Origin: Actinomycetota bacterium | GTDB lineage: Bacteria; Actinomycetota; Acidimicrobiia; Acidimicrobiales; CADCSY01 | Direction: 5' to 3' | NCBI GenBank assembly: GCA_016781105.1 | Contig: JADDRA010000109.1 | Span: 1 to 55,575 of the forward strand | DNA: 55,575 nt | Part shown: in pieces, positions 26,070 to 35,700 of the stretch | Layout: every line of letters begins with the position of its first letter | Position numbering within the stretch: the stretch's first letter is position 1 | Program-made: the position numbers and the translations under genes | Notes under the pieces: generated by a model | What the model was told of the DNA's origin: nothing | Database searches by the model: none | Seen by the model: only the letters and a program-made list of their open reading frames with translations

Positions 26070-28787
26070 TCACCGCCGGTGCCGCCCCGGGCGAGGCCGG
26101 GCCGCCGCCAGCGGGGTGACGTTGGCCAGCTCGTCGATGGGCCCGAGGTCCATGGCCACCCCGACCTGCTCCACGAGGACGGATGTGACCGCGCCCTGCT
26201 CGAGGTCGATCCCCACGATGCCGTCCGGCCCGCCTCCTGTGACGGCGATGATGATTGGCGGCGCCCGGTGGTCCTCGTCGCCGAGCGACACGGCCAGCAC
26301 CCGGGCCCGGTCGCGCGCCCACTCGAACAGCTCACGCAGGTCGGCGGGCGCCTCGTCACCGTCACCCTCGTCGAAGAAGGGGCTGCCGGGAAAGGGCAGG
26401 GGAGCCGCCGGCGGGCCGGTCGAGGGTCGGGCCGTCGTGTTCCTGGCCTTCCCCGGCGACCCCGGAGCCGGGCTCGTCGTCGCCTCGGGTGAAGGGCCGG
26501 CCAGGATCGCCTCGGCCAGGGAGGCCGCGCGGCGGGGGTCGAGCGTCGGAGGCGAGGCCCGGTGACCCCGGCGGGGACGAAACGGTTCGGGCAACTCCGC
26601 ACCGCTCCCTCGCTCGCGCTCGCCGCCGGGGTGACGGCGGCCCTCGCCCGACGGAGCATCGGCGGCCGCCACCGACACCGAGCCCCCGGGACCGCCCTCG
26701 CCGGTGGGCAGGAACCCGGCGTCGCGCAGGCCGTCCATCACCGTGGTCGACGGCTTGGGGCTCACCGCCACGGTGGGAGCCAGCAGGCGCAGCGCCAGCT
26801 TGCGGGTGCGCCGGTGCGAGCAGGCGTCGGCCAACACCGCCGGGTCCTCGCTGGTCACGAACGAGGCGGCCGAGCCCACCTGCAGGTGCCCGTGGCGGCG
26901 GGCCACGTCGGCGATCAGGTAGGCCAGGGCCTGGGGGACGCCACGGGCGGCATGGGTCTCGAGGAAGGCGAGGATGCCCTCGGCGTCGCGCCCGGCGTCG
27001 AGGGCCCGGCGCAGCGACGCGTCGGAGAAGCGCAGCGTGGTGGCCGCGCCGGTCGACTCCACGTCGGCCAGCAGGCGCAGCTCGAGGGCCACGCTGCGCT
27101 CCAGCGCCCCGACCACGGTGGCCGTCAGGTCGCCCTGGAGCGTGAAGGTCGTCACCGGCTCCGGCCGCGCCGCCTCCAGCGCCTGCTCGGCCCGGCGGGC
27201 CTGGCCGGCCAGCAGGGCGCGGCCGAAGCTCGTGAGCGAGCCGTGGGCCAGCACCCCCAGCAGCTCGGCCTCGGCGTACACCCAGGCGATGGCCCCGGCC
27301 GGGCGGTCGACGGGCAGCCCGGTGCCCAGCCAGGGCTGGGGAGCGACCCAGTAGACCCGGGAGGCCAGTGCGTCGGCCGTGGTGACCTCGCCGGGGGCCA
27401 GGCCGGCGAGGGTGTCGAGCACCCGCCGGCGAAGCTCGGGGGCACTGGCGGCGTACTGCAGGCTGAGGACGGGGACCACCTTGTTGCTGCTGTTGCTGCT
27501 GCTGCTGCCGCTACCGGTCCCCTTGCGGCCCGGGGCGCTCGGCCAGTGCTCGGCGCGCAGCCAGGCGGTCGCGAGCTGGCGCCACCGCTCGGCGACGGGG
27601 CGCCCGAGCCACGCTGTGGCGGCGGGAGTGGGTTCGACGAAGGACTCGTAGATCACCCGACGCTGCTGGCGGGCGCTCACCGTGGTGGTCTCCACCAGTC
27701 CGGCCAGGTGGGCCAGCTCCACCAGCCGCGTGGCCTCCTCGAGGTCGGTCTCCAGGGCGGCGGCGGTCTGCTTCATGACCGTGGCCCCCAGGCCCCCGCT
27801 CTTGAGCGTCTTGGCCGGGGTCTCGCCCCAGCGCTCCAGCAGGTCGCTCAGCCGGTCGAGGGTGCGCACGGCGGCGGTGGCACCGTCGGCGTCCACCCGG
27901 TCGGGTGAGCTGGTGGTGGTGGGCAGCGGCGGTTGGTCCAGGGCCAGGTCGGCCACCGGGCGCCCGCCTCGCAGGGCCACCCCGACCTCTCGGGGCTGGG
28001 CCGCGAGGTCGTCCCGGTAGGGCAGCAGCAGGGCACGCTCGAACAGCCAGTAGACGGGTAGCTCCCGCTGGTAGCGGGCCGGGCCGTACGTGGAGAAGTA
28101 GAGGTAGTGGTCGAGCTCGACGAGCGGCGAGCCCTCGGCCTGGGCGCTGGCCAGCGTGGCGGCGTCGGGCGGGGCCGCCTCGAGCACGGCGCCGACGACG
28201 CCGGGGGCGGCCAGGAGCGACGACAGCTCCTCGACCAGCTCCGCCTTGCGCGCCGGGCGACCCTCGGGCCCGCTGGCCCGATCCGGGAGTGCGCCGCGGA
28301 AGCGCTGGGCGTCCAGGGCGGCGCGCACGGCCTTGATCGCCGACCTGAGGTACTCGACGTTCTGCTCGCCGGCGAGGAGGTGGAGCGGGGGGCCGAGGGT
28401 GGTGGGCATCGCCTGGCGCAGGGCCCCCGAGGAGTGGACCCGTCCACCGTGGCGCCAGGCCACGGCGGCCGCCTCCAGCCCGGCCAGGACGTCCTCGACG
28501 TCGTCGAGGCCGACGCCCTCGGGCAGGGCCCGGGCCAGCTCGTCGAGGGGGACCTCGGGGCGGCAGCACACCAGCACCTGGAGCAGCCGGTTCTCGGGCA
28601 GCGTGGTGGCGCTGATGGCCAGGTCGATCGAGGGACGCTGCTGGGCTCGCTGCGCCAGTTCGGCCACGTCGGCCGGAGGCTGGGGGTGGGCCAGGTCGGG
28701 GCGGCGCACCAGGAGCGTCGCGACCTGCCCGGGGTTCCAGCCTCGGAGCTGGTCGCGCAGCGTGCGATGCGCAGGCCGGGCCGTCAC
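26070..28787 (-). CDS. XPB-associated large protein with TFIIH-p52-like Helicase_C_3 domain
   Basis: 905 aa. The region TFTLQGDLTATVVG...TLRFSDASLRRALDAGRDAEGILAFLETHAARGVPQALAYLIADVARRHG matches my recollection of the Helicase_C_3 / Tfb2-C-like domain found next to bacterial XPB. A long disordered linker and a small C-terminal domain follow. Confidence 0.75.
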   Translation of the reverse strand: MTARPAHRTLRDQLRGWNPGQVATLLVRRPDLAHPQPPADVAELAQRAQQRPSIDLAISATTLPENRLLQVLVCCRPEVPLDELARALPEGVGLDDVEDVLAGLEAAAVAWRHGGRVHSSGALRQAMPTTLGPPLHLLAGEQNVEYLRSAIKAVRAALDAQRFRGALPDRASGPEGRPARKAELVEELSSLLAAPGVVGAVLEAAPPDAATLASAQAEGSPLVELDHYLYFSTYGPARYQRELPVYWLFERALLLPYRDDLAAQPREVGVALRGGRPVADLALDQPPLPTTTSSPDRVDADGATAAVRTLDRLSDLLERWGETPAKTLKSGGLGATVMKQTAAALETDLEEATRLVELAHLAGLVETTTVSARQQRRVIYESFVEPTPAATAWLGRPVAERWRQLATAWLRAEHWPSAPGRKGTGSGSSSSNSSNKVVPVLSLQYAASAPELRRRVLDTLAGLAPGEVTTADALASRVYWVAPQPWLGTGLPVDRPAGAIAWVYAEAELLGVLAHGSLTSFGRALLAGQARRAEQALEAARPEPVTTFTLQGDLTATVVGALERSVALELRLLADVESTGAATTLRFSDASLRRALDAGRDAEGILAFLETHAARGVPQALAYLIADVARRHGHLQVGSAASFVTSEDPAVLADACSHRRTRKLALRLLAPTVAVSPKPSTTVMDGLRDAGFLPTGEGGPGGSVSVAAADAPSGEGRRHPGGERERGSGAELPEPFRPRRGHRASPPTLDPRRAASLAEAILAGPSPEATTSPAPGSPGKARNTTARPSTGPPAAPLPFPGSPFFDEGDGDEAPADLRELFEWARDRARVLAVSLGDEDHRAPPIIIAVTGGGPDGIVGIDLEQGAVTSVLVEQVGVAMDLGPIDELANVTPLAAARPRPGRHRR

Positions 28788-28923
28788 CGCTCGTCGGCGG
28801 ACCCCGGGCGGGGAGCGACCCCGTGGCCGTCGAGGAGCCCGTCCGGCATCGCCTCGACCCTACCGGACCGAGCCCGCCGCTCCGGCGACCATCGCCGTGT
28901 CCGCCGGCCGGGAGCGGCCCAGG

Positions 28924-29469
28924 TCATCGGATGAAGATGTCGGCGCCCCGGACGGTCATGGGGAAGGGCAGGGTGACATCGTGCTCGTCGTCGACACCCA
29001 GCACGCGGCGCTCGTTGTACTCCCGGCCCTCAAGCTCCAGGACGGTGAGGGTCTCGGCGTCAGGGTCGACGAGCCAGTAGGCGGGGACGGCGGACTCGGC
29101 GTAGACCAGTCGCTTCTCGCCCAGATCCAGGGCCCTGGTCGACGGTGACAGGATCTCGACCACCAGGAGAGGGGCGCCGGCGACCCGCTGGCCACCGACC
29201 TGGTCGGATCGAACGACCATGGCGTCGGGGCGCTTCACCAGGTCCTCACCGAGCAGCAGGTCGGCCTCGGGGAGCAGGCGCATGGACGACGGCAGCCGTG
29301 CTCCCAGGCACACGATGACGGCGCTGAGCAGGCTCTGGTGCTGGATGCTCGGTGCAGGCGTCACGATGAGGCTCCCGTAGCTGAGCTCGTAGAAGCGACC
29401 GTCGTCGTCGATGTCGTCCAGGTCCTTCACCGTCATCCCGTCGGCCAGCACCAACGTCGGAAGCGCCAT
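28924..29469 (-). CDS. Uma2 (DUF820) family PD-(D/E)xK endonuclease-like protein
   Basis: YELSYGSLIVTPAPSIQH...RPDAMVV...LLVVEILSPSTRALDLGEKRLVYAESAVPAYWLVDP is the canonical Uma2 pattern. Confidence 0.85.
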   Translation of the reverse strand: MALPTLVLADGMTVKDLDDIDDDGRFYELSYGSLIVTPAPSIQHQSLLSAVIVCLGARLPSSMRLLPEADLLLGEDLVKRPDAMVVRSDQVGGQRVAGAPLLVVEILSPSTRALDLGEKRLVYAESAVPAYWLVDPDAETLTVLELEGREYNERRVLGVDDEHDVTLPFPMTVRGADIFIR

Positions 29470-29618
29470 GGCACAAAGGTACGCGACTGCACGACGTCGA
29501 GCGTCTGGCTGGCAGCCTCTCTGGAGCGTGCTAGCTGGAGCGTGCTAGCTGGCGCGAGCACTTACTGGATGGGCTTAGGGAAGTAGGCCAGGACGACGCC
29601 GCCGTTCCGGGCAGGGCG

Positions 29619-30172
29619 TCAGGCCGTGGTGGCCGTTCGATCGAGGGTGTCGTAGAGCTCGTCGACGTCGAGGACGCCGTATCCGGTGGCGATGACCCGA
29701 CCGGGCCCGTAGGCCTCCCGGGTGAGGATGCGCCCACCGACCGGGCGGACGGCCTCGATGCGTCGATGGTCGGGGTCGACGAGCAGCAGGAGGCGCAGCC
29801 CCGGGATGGCCGCGTAGGCGACGCCCTTCTCCCGACCGTCAACTCCTGCCGTCGACGGCGAGAGCACCTCGACGACGACCGTCGCTCGGTCCTTGTACTG
29901 CCGATGCGCGGCCGCGCCGCAGACGACCATGACGTCCGGGTAGTAGGCGGCGTCGGAGGCGGTGCGCAGCACGCGGTTGGCGGTGAAGGCCCGGCAGCCG
30001 TCTCGTCGGGCGCCGGGGGCCAGGGCCGCGTAGAGGAGCCCGGCAGCCAGGTCGTGGCGCTCCGACCCGCCGGCCATGGCGAAGAGCCGTCCGCCCACCA
30101 GTGACCCTACGGCGACCGGCGCTCCCCCTCGAGGTACTGGTCGAAGCCGAGGTGGGCGATCGCCTCGCTCAT
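29619..30172 (-). pseudogene. Uma2 (DUF820) family endonuclease-like gene, N-terminal frameshift
   Basis: ATG 30172 gives MSEAIAHLGFDQYLEGERRSP then TAG at 30107-30109. The remainder (GGRLFAMAGGSERH...PDVMVV...VVVEVLSPSTAGVDGREKGVAY...LLLLVDP) is in another frame. The only in-frame ATG for that part is 30077. Confidence 0.65.
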
Positions 30173-30181
30173 GACACCGGC

Positions 30182-31450
30182 TCAGACGACGTGGCCGTCG
30201 CCCTGCACCACGTACTTGGTGGTGGTCAGCTCCCGCAGGCCCATCGGGCCACGGGCGTGCAGCTTCTGGGTGGAGATGCCGATCTCGGCGCCGAAGCCGA
30301 AGCGCTCGCCGTCGACGAAGCGGGTGGAGGCGTTCACCAGCACCGCGGCGGCGTCGACCTCGGTGGTGAAGCGGGTGGCGGCGGTCAGGTCGGCGGTGAC
30401 GATGGCCTCGCTGTGGCCCGAGCTGTGGCGGTTGACGTGGGCGATGGCAGCGTCGAGGTCGGCCACCACGGCCACGCTGAGCTTGAGGCCGAGGAACTCC
30501 CGGCCGAAGTCGTCGGGAGCGGCCGGGAGGATGGAGCCCTCGATGGCGCACGCTATCTCGTCGCCCACCAGCTCGACCCCGGGCAGGGCCCGGGCCAGGG
30601 CAGGCAGGAAGGTGGGGGCCACCGCCTCGTGGACCACCAGGGACTCGGCCGCGTTGCACACCGAGGGGCGCTGGGTCTTGGCGTTGACCACGATGGCCTC
30701 GGCCATGGCCAGGTCGGCGGCGGCGTCGACGTAGACGTGGCAGTTGCCGTCGCCGTCGATCACGTGGGGCACGGTGGCGTGCTCGAGGATGGCGGCGATC
30801 AGTGACGGGCCACCCCGGGGGATGAGCACGTCGATGCAATCCCGCAGGCGCATGAACGCCACCGCCGCCTCTCGACTGGTGTCGTCGACCAGCACGAGGG
30901 CATCGGCCGGCAGGCCGGCCTTGACCAGGGCCTCGCGCAGCACGGCGGCGATGGCCCGGTTGGACGAGATGGCGCCCGAGGAGCCCCGCAAGAATGCGGC
31001 GTTGCCCGACTTGAGGCACAGGCCGAAGGCGTCGCTGGTGACGTTGGGGCGGTTCTCGTAGATGATGGCCACCACGCCGAGGGGCACCCGCACCCGGGCG
31101 ATCCGCAGCCCGTTGGGCCGCACCCAGCCCTCGACCACCTGGCCCACGGGGTCGGCCAGGGCGGCCACCTGCTCCAGGCCGGCGGCCATCGCCTCCACCC
31201 GGTCGACAGTCAGGCGCAGCCGATCCACGACGCTGGAGGTGGTGCCGGCCGCCTCGGCCCGGGCCACGTCCTCGGAGTTGGCGGCCACGATGTCGTCCCC
31301 CCGCTCCACCAGCAGGTCGGCGGCGAGGGCCAGGGCGGCGTCCTTGTCGGCGGTGGAGGCGAGGGCGAGACCACGAGCGGCCACCTTCGCCCGCTGGCCC
31401 AGGCCGGCGACGTGCACCTCGGCCTCGCCCCCTGTCAGGACCCCAGCCAC
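30182..31450 (-). CDS. proA: glutamate-5-semialdehyde dehydrogenase (gamma-glutamyl phosphate reductase)
   Basis: 422 aa, ALDH-like ProA pattern ([35 protein letters not shown]). Confidence 0.9.
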   Translation of the reverse strand: MAGVLTGGEAEVHVAGLGQRAKVAARGLALASTADKDAALALAADLLVERGDDIVAANSEDVARAEAAGTTSSVVDRLRLTVDRVEAMAAGLEQVAALADPVGQVVEGWVRPNGLRIARVRVPLGVVAIIYENRPNVTSDAFGLCLKSGNAAFLRGSSGAISSNRAIAAVLREALVKAGLPADALVLVDDTSREAAVAFMRLRDCIDVLIPRGGPSLIAAILEHATVPHVIDGDGNCHVYVDAAADLAMAEAIVVNAKTQRPSVCNAAESLVVHEAVAPTFLPALARALPGVELVGDEIACAIEGSILPAAPDDFGREFLGLKLSVAVVADLDAAIAHVNRHSSGHSEAIVTADLTAATRFTTEVDAAAVLVNASTRFVDGERFGFGAEIGISTQKLHARGPMGLRELTTTKYVVQGDGHVV

Positions 31451-31542
31451 GAAGGCGATGGTACCGACTCCTTCACCACCAGGCCTTCGAGGTCTCGGCG
31501 TCTGGGTCAGGACGGCCGCCGTCGCTCCCCTACACTGCCGAG

Positions 31543-32802
31543 GTGGTCGACACGCTGGTGGTGGTGGGCCAGGGCTACGTCGGCTTGCCCCTGGCGATGC
31601 GGGCCGTCCATTCCGGCTTCGACGTGGTCGGCTTCGACACCGACGAGGCCCGGGTCAAGGCCCTGGCGGCCGGTGAGTCCTACGTGGAGGACGTCGCCTC
31701 GACCGAGCTGGCGTCCGCCCTGGCCAGCGGTCACTACCGGGCGTCGAGCGACCCGGCCGACTGCGCCGGCTTCGACGTCGCCGTGGTCACGGTGCCCACG
31801 CCCCTGAGGGAGGGCAACCCCGACCTGTCCTACATCGAGGCCGCCTCGCGGCTGTTGGCTCCCCACCTGCGCCCGGGGGCCAGCGTGGTGTTGGAGTCGA
31901 CCACCTACCCGGGCACCACCGAGGAGCTGGTGGCGCCGTTGCTGGAGGAGGGCTCGGGCCTGGTGGCCGGGGCCGACTTCCACCTCGGCTACAGCCCCGA
32001 GCGCATCGACCCGGGCAACCCCAGCTTCGGCCTGGCCAACACCCCCAAGGTCGTCTCGGGCATCGACGCCGCCTCCCTGGCCGCCGTCCGGGACTTCTAC
32101 GACCGCATCGTGGAGACCACGGTGGCGGTGTCGGGCTGCAAGGAGGCCGAGCTGACCAAGCTGTTGGAGAACACCTTCCGCCACGTCAACATCGCCCTGG
32201 TCAACGAGCTGGCCATGTTCGCCAACGACCTGGGCATCGACGTGTGGGAGGCCATCGACGCCGCCTCGACCAAGCCCTTCGGCTACCTGCGCTTCACCCC
32301 CGGCCCCGGCGTGGGCGGTCACTGCCTGCCCATCGACCCCAGCTACCTCTCCTGGCGGGTCCGGCGCAGCCTCGGGGTGTCGTTTCGCTTCGTCGAGCTG
32401 GCCAACGACGTTAACGACCACATGCCCGACTACGTGGTGCGCCGGGTGAGCGTGGCCCTCAACCGGCGTCGACTGGCCGTCAACGGGAGCCGCATCCTTC
32501 TTCTGGGCCTGGCCTACAAGCGCAACACCAGCGACGCTCGGGAGTCTCCTGCCCTGGTCGTGGCCGACCGCCTGCTGGCGCTGGGCGCCGAGGTGCACGT
32601 GGTCGACCCGCTCGTGGCCGAGGGCCACGTCGATGCCCGCATGGCTCGCGTCGAGCTCAGCGCCCAAGAGCTGGCCGGGGCCGACGCCGTCGTCTTGCTG
32701 GTCGACCACGACGCCTTCGACCTGGACCTGGTGGTGGCCCACGCCGGCTACGTCCTCGACACCCGCCACCGGCTCTCGGGCCCTCAGGTGGAGCACCTGT
32801 AG
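31543..32802 (+). CDS. nucleotide-sugar 6-dehydrogenase (UDP-GlcNAc/ManNAc dehydrogenase-like, TviB/WecC type)
   Basis: N-terminal GQGYVGLP Rossmann motif, catalytic GGHCLPIDP and a full three-domain length of 419 aa. GTG start. Confidence 0.85.
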   Translation: MVDTLVVVGQGYVGLPLAMRAVHSGFDVVGFDTDEARVKALAAGESYVEDVASTELASALASGHYRASSDPADCAGFDVAVVTVPTPLREGNPDLSYIEAASRLLAPHLRPGASVVLESTTYPGTTEELVAPLLEEGSGLVAGADFHLGYSPERIDPGNPSFGLANTPKVVSGIDAASLAAVRDFYDRIVETTVAVSGCKEAELTKLLENTFRHVNIALVNELAMFANDLGIDVWEAIDAASTKPFGYLRFTPGPGVGGHCLPIDPSYLSWRVRRSLGVSFRFVELANDVNDHMPDYVVRRVSVALNRRRLAVNGSRILLLGLAYKRNTSDARESPALVVADRLLALGAEVHVVDPLVAEGHVDARMARVELSAQELAGADAVVLLVDHDAFDLDLVVAHAGYVLDTRHRLSGPQVEHL

Positions 32803-32811
32803 CCTTCGGCA

Positions 32812-33738
32812 ATGCAGGCTCTGGTCACCGGCGGCGCCGGGTTCATCGGTTCCAACATCGTCTCGGCCCTCGTCGGCGAGGGCAACCAGGTGCGGGTGCT
32901 CGACGACCTGTCGGCCGGCTTCGCCGACAACGTGGCCCCCGAGGCCGAGCTGGTGGTGGGCGACATCGCCGACGAGAAGGCGGTGGCCGGCGTGGTGTCG
33001 GGCTGCGAGGTGGTGTTCCACCAGGCCGCCCACCGGGCCGTGCTGCGCTCGGTCGAGCGGCCCCTGACCACCGACACGGCCAACACCCACGGCACCCTCA
33101 CCGTGCTCAAGGCGGCGGCCGACGCCGGCGTGCGGCGGGTGGTGAGCGCCTCGTCCAGCAGCGTCTACGGCGGGGCCGAGCAGCTCCCCACCCCGGAGTC
33201 GGTGCCGTTGACACCCCGCTCTCCCTACGCGGTGTCCAAGCTGGCCGGCGAGCACTACTGCCGGGTCTTCGCCGAGCTCTTCGGCCTGGAGACGGTGAGC
33301 CTTCGGTACTTCAACGTCTACGGCCCCCGCCAGCGGCCCGACTCGGCCTACGCGGCCGTGATCCCCCTGTTCATCGACGCCCTGCGCCGGCGCCAGGCCC
33401 CCGAGGTGCACGGCGACGGCCACCAGAGCCGGGACTTCACCTACATCAGCGACGTGGTTGCCGCCAACCTGGCCGCGGCCCGGGCCCCGGCCGAGGCCTG
33501 CAGCGGCAAGGCCTACAACATCGCGGGGGGCCAGGGGTACTCGCTGCTCGACCTGCTCGGGATCCTCTCGGGGATCCTCGCCGTCGACGTGGCCCCCGAG
33601 CACGCCCCACCCCGTGCCGGCGACGTCCGCCACACCCGGGCCGACATCTCGGCCGCCTCCTCCGACCTCTGCCACCGGCCGCAGGTGGGCTTCCCCGAGG
33701 GGCTGCGCCACACCGTCGACTGGTTCTCGGCCCGCTGA
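32812..33738 (+). CDS. NAD-dependent nucleotide-sugar epimerase/dehydratase (extended SDR)
   Basis: VTGGAGFIGS, catalytic YAVSK, 308 aa. Lies directly downstream of the dehydrogenase, a TviB/TviC-like pairing. Confidence 0.85.
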   Translation: MQALVTGGAGFIGSNIVSALVGEGNQVRVLDDLSAGFADNVAPEAELVVGDIADEKAVAGVVSGCEVVFHQAAHRAVLRSVERPLTTDTANTHGTLTVLKAAADAGVRRVVSASSSSVYGGAEQLPTPESVPLTPRSPYAVSKLAGEHYCRVFAELFGLETVSLRYFNVYGPRQRPDSAYAAVIPLFIDALRRRQAPEVHGDGHQSRDFTYISDVVAANLAAARAPAEACSGKAYNIAGGQGYSLLDLLGILSGILAVDVAPEHAPPRAGDVRHTRADISAASSDLCHRPQVGFPEGLRHTVDWFSAR

Positions 33739-33765
33739 ACGACGGGCCGGGCCGCCGGACCGGCG

Positions 33766-34377
33766 TCAGCTCAGCACGCCTCGCAGGCACCCGAGGGTGG
33801 ACGGCAGCGGCTCCTCCCAGAGCCAGGCGACCTCGATCCACAGGCCGGGCAGGACGGTCGAGTCGAGCCGCCCCTGGCTCCGGCGTTCAGTGACGTACTG
33901 GCCCTGGGGGTCGAGGCGGTCGACCCGCACGCTCGTCGTCTGCGGGGACACCAGCCAGATCTCGGGGATGCCCGCCGCCCGGTAGCGGGGCAGCTTGTCG
34001 CGCTCGTCGAGGTCAGGGTCGCCGTCGGAGGCGATCTCCACCACCAGGTCGGCCGGGCCTTCGAGCCGTTGGGCCGTGATGCGCTCCCGGTGGGCATCGG
34101 TGACCACGAGCAGGTCGGGTTCGGGCGACCACCGCGGATCGAAGCGCATCGGGTAGCGAGAGCCCCGCACCACCCCGCCGCCGCGCTCGTCGAGCCAGGC
34201 GCTGAGCAGCGTGAGGAGGAAGCGGAAGAGGTCCTCGTGCCGATCCGACGCCGGCCTCATGACCAGCCTCCCGTCGAGCAGCTCCCAGGGCGAATCCTCG
34301 TCGACCAGCCCGTAGAAGTCGGCCTCGCCGCGCAGCGGTTTGCTCAGGACGAACGGCGCCTCCACGTCGATCCCCAC
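33766..34377 (-). CDS. Uma2 (DUF820) family PD-(D/E)xK endonuclease-like protein
   Basis: WELLDGRLVMRPASDRHE...EPDLLVV...DLVVEIASDGDPDLDERDKLPRYRAAGIPEIWLVSP. GTG 34377 chosen as start. Confidence 0.8.
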   Translation of the reverse strand: MGIDVEAPFVLSKPLRGEADFYGLVDEDSPWELLDGRLVMRPASDRHEDLFRFLLTLLSAWLDERGGGVVRGSRYPMRFDPRWSPEPDLLVVTDAHRERITAQRLEGPADLVVEIASDGDPDLDERDKLPRYRAAGIPEIWLVSPQTTSVRVDRLDPQGQYVTERRSQGRLDSTVLPGLWIEVAWLWEEPLPSTLGCLRGVLS

Positions 34378-34418
34378 GACCGGAGTGTAGGCCCGGCCTC
34401 CCGACACCGCCGTAGCAC

Positions 34419-34622
34419 GTGGACGTGAGCCGACTCGTCGAGCTGCAGGAGGGGTCAGGCGCCGACGTGCGCCGGTACATCGATGTGGACGAGCTCCTGC
34501 AGATCTGGGACGAGATGTACCTTCCCGTCGGCGTCGAGAGCGAGTGGGCCGACTACTTCGAGCGGGTGCTCGGCACCCAGGTGCGGCGGCGATGGGCCTC
34601 GACCCTCTCCAAGAGCATGTAG
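34419..34622 (+). CDS. small acidic hypothetical protein (67 aa)
   Basis: High GC3 periodicity (GAC/GAG/CTG/GTC codons) but no recognisable motif. GTG start has no Shine-Dalgarno sequence, so the transcript may be leaderless. Confidence 0.4.
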   Translation: MDVSRLVELQEGSGADVRRYIDVDELLQIWDEMYLPVGVESEWADYFERVLGTQVRRRWASTLSKSM

Positions 34623-34887
34623 CCCGCACCGTCACCCTCGGTCAGAGTTCGAGGTCGACGACGAGACCTTCGGCTCCATGAGAGCTTCTACGCAGGCCTC
34701 CGGGCGAACCTGATCGACCGGACGCTCGACGGCGAGCGGTGAGGAGCCTTGCTCGCCGCCGACGGCCACACATCGATCCCTTCTCGCGGCGCGAACCCTG
34801 GCGAGGCCAGACGTCCCCTACGGGAGCCCCTGGGGCCTGGGCCACGCCGTGGACGAGGGCGAGGGTCTCGGGGCGTAGGCTCGCGAG

Positions 34888-35667
34888 ATGCTCAGACTGA
34901 TGAAGCGGTCGTGGCGATACCTCACCGCCGCCCTCACCGGCAAGTTCAACGAGCACGCCGACCCCAAGGTCCAGCTCGAGCAGGCCATCGCCGAGAGCCA
35001 GGAACAGCACCGCCGGCTCAAGGAGCAGGCGGCCAACGTCATCGCCAACCAGAAGCAGACCGAGCTGCGCCTCAACCGCACGATGGAGGAGCTGGAGAAG
35101 GTCAACCGCTCCGCTCGCCAGGCCGTGCTCATGGCCGCCGAGGCCGAACAGGCCGGGGACACCGCCAAGCTCAACGACTACACCGCCGCGGCGGAGTCCT
35201 TCGCCAACCGCCTCATCGTGCTCGAGGGCGAGGTCGAGACCCTCAAGGAGCTGCACCTCCAGTCGTCCCAGGCCGTCGACCAGGCCAAGGCGGCCGTGGC
35301 CCAGAACGGCTCGGCCCTCCAGAAGCGGCTGGCCGAGCGCCAGCGGCTCATGTCCCAGCTCGACCAGGCCAAGATGCAGGAGCAGATGAACACGGCGATG
35401 GCCTCGCTGAGCGAGACGGTGGGCGGCGACGTGCCCTCCCTGGCCGAGGTCCAGTCCAAGATCGAAGCCCGCTACGCCAAGGCCAAGGGCATGGCCGAGC
35501 TCAACAGCGACTCGGTCGAGAGCCGGATGCTCGAGGTCGAGCAGGCAGCCATGCAGGGCGAGGCCCGCAACCGGCTCTCGCAGATCCGCGCCCAGCTGGG
35601 CCTCGAGGCGCCGGAGCCGGGGTCGGCGGGCGAGGTCGGAACAGGTGGTGGCAGCTCGTCGTCCTAG
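34888..35667 (+). CDS. pspA: PspA/IM30 family membrane-stress protein
   Basis: MKRSWRYLTAALTGKFNEHADPKVQLEQAIAE... is a long coiled coil typical of PspA/IM30. Confidence 0.85.
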   Translation: MLRLMKRSWRYLTAALTGKFNEHADPKVQLEQAIAESQEQHRRLKEQAANVIANQKQTELRLNRTMEELEKVNRSARQAVLMAAEAEQAGDTAKLNDYTAAAESFANRLIVLEGEVETLKELHLQSSQAVDQAKAAVAQNGSALQKRLAERQRLMSQLDQAKMQEQMNTAMASLSETVGGDVPSLAEVQSKIEARYAKAKGMAELNSDSVESRMLEVEQAAMQGEARNRLSQIRAQLGLEAPEPGSAGEVGTGGGSSSS

Positions 35668-35672
35668 ACGGT

Positions 35673-35690
35673 GCCCCTGCCACCAGGGGC
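35673..35690. terminator. GC-rich hairpin between convergent pspA and proB
   Basis: GCCCCTG-ccac-CAGGGGC, a 7-bp stem with a 4-nt loop, lies 6 nt after the pspA TAG and 10 nt after the proB stop. There is no U-tract. Confidence 0.35.
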
Positions 35691-35700
35691 CGGGGCCCAC

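Noticed and set aside
27481-27515. A TTG/CTG triplet run (ttgttgctgctgttgctgctgctgctgccgct).
   Set aside because: It is in frame within the XPB-partner gene, encoding GSGSSSSNSSNK on the minus strand. This is a low-complexity linker and not an independent element.
29521-29548. The 14-nt exact direct repeat CTGGAGCGTGCTAG x2 between two Uma2 genes, considered as a possible att or terminal repeat.
   Set aside because: I found no matching copy elsewhere in the window and no associated recombinase. It is recorded only as context in the Uma2 finding.
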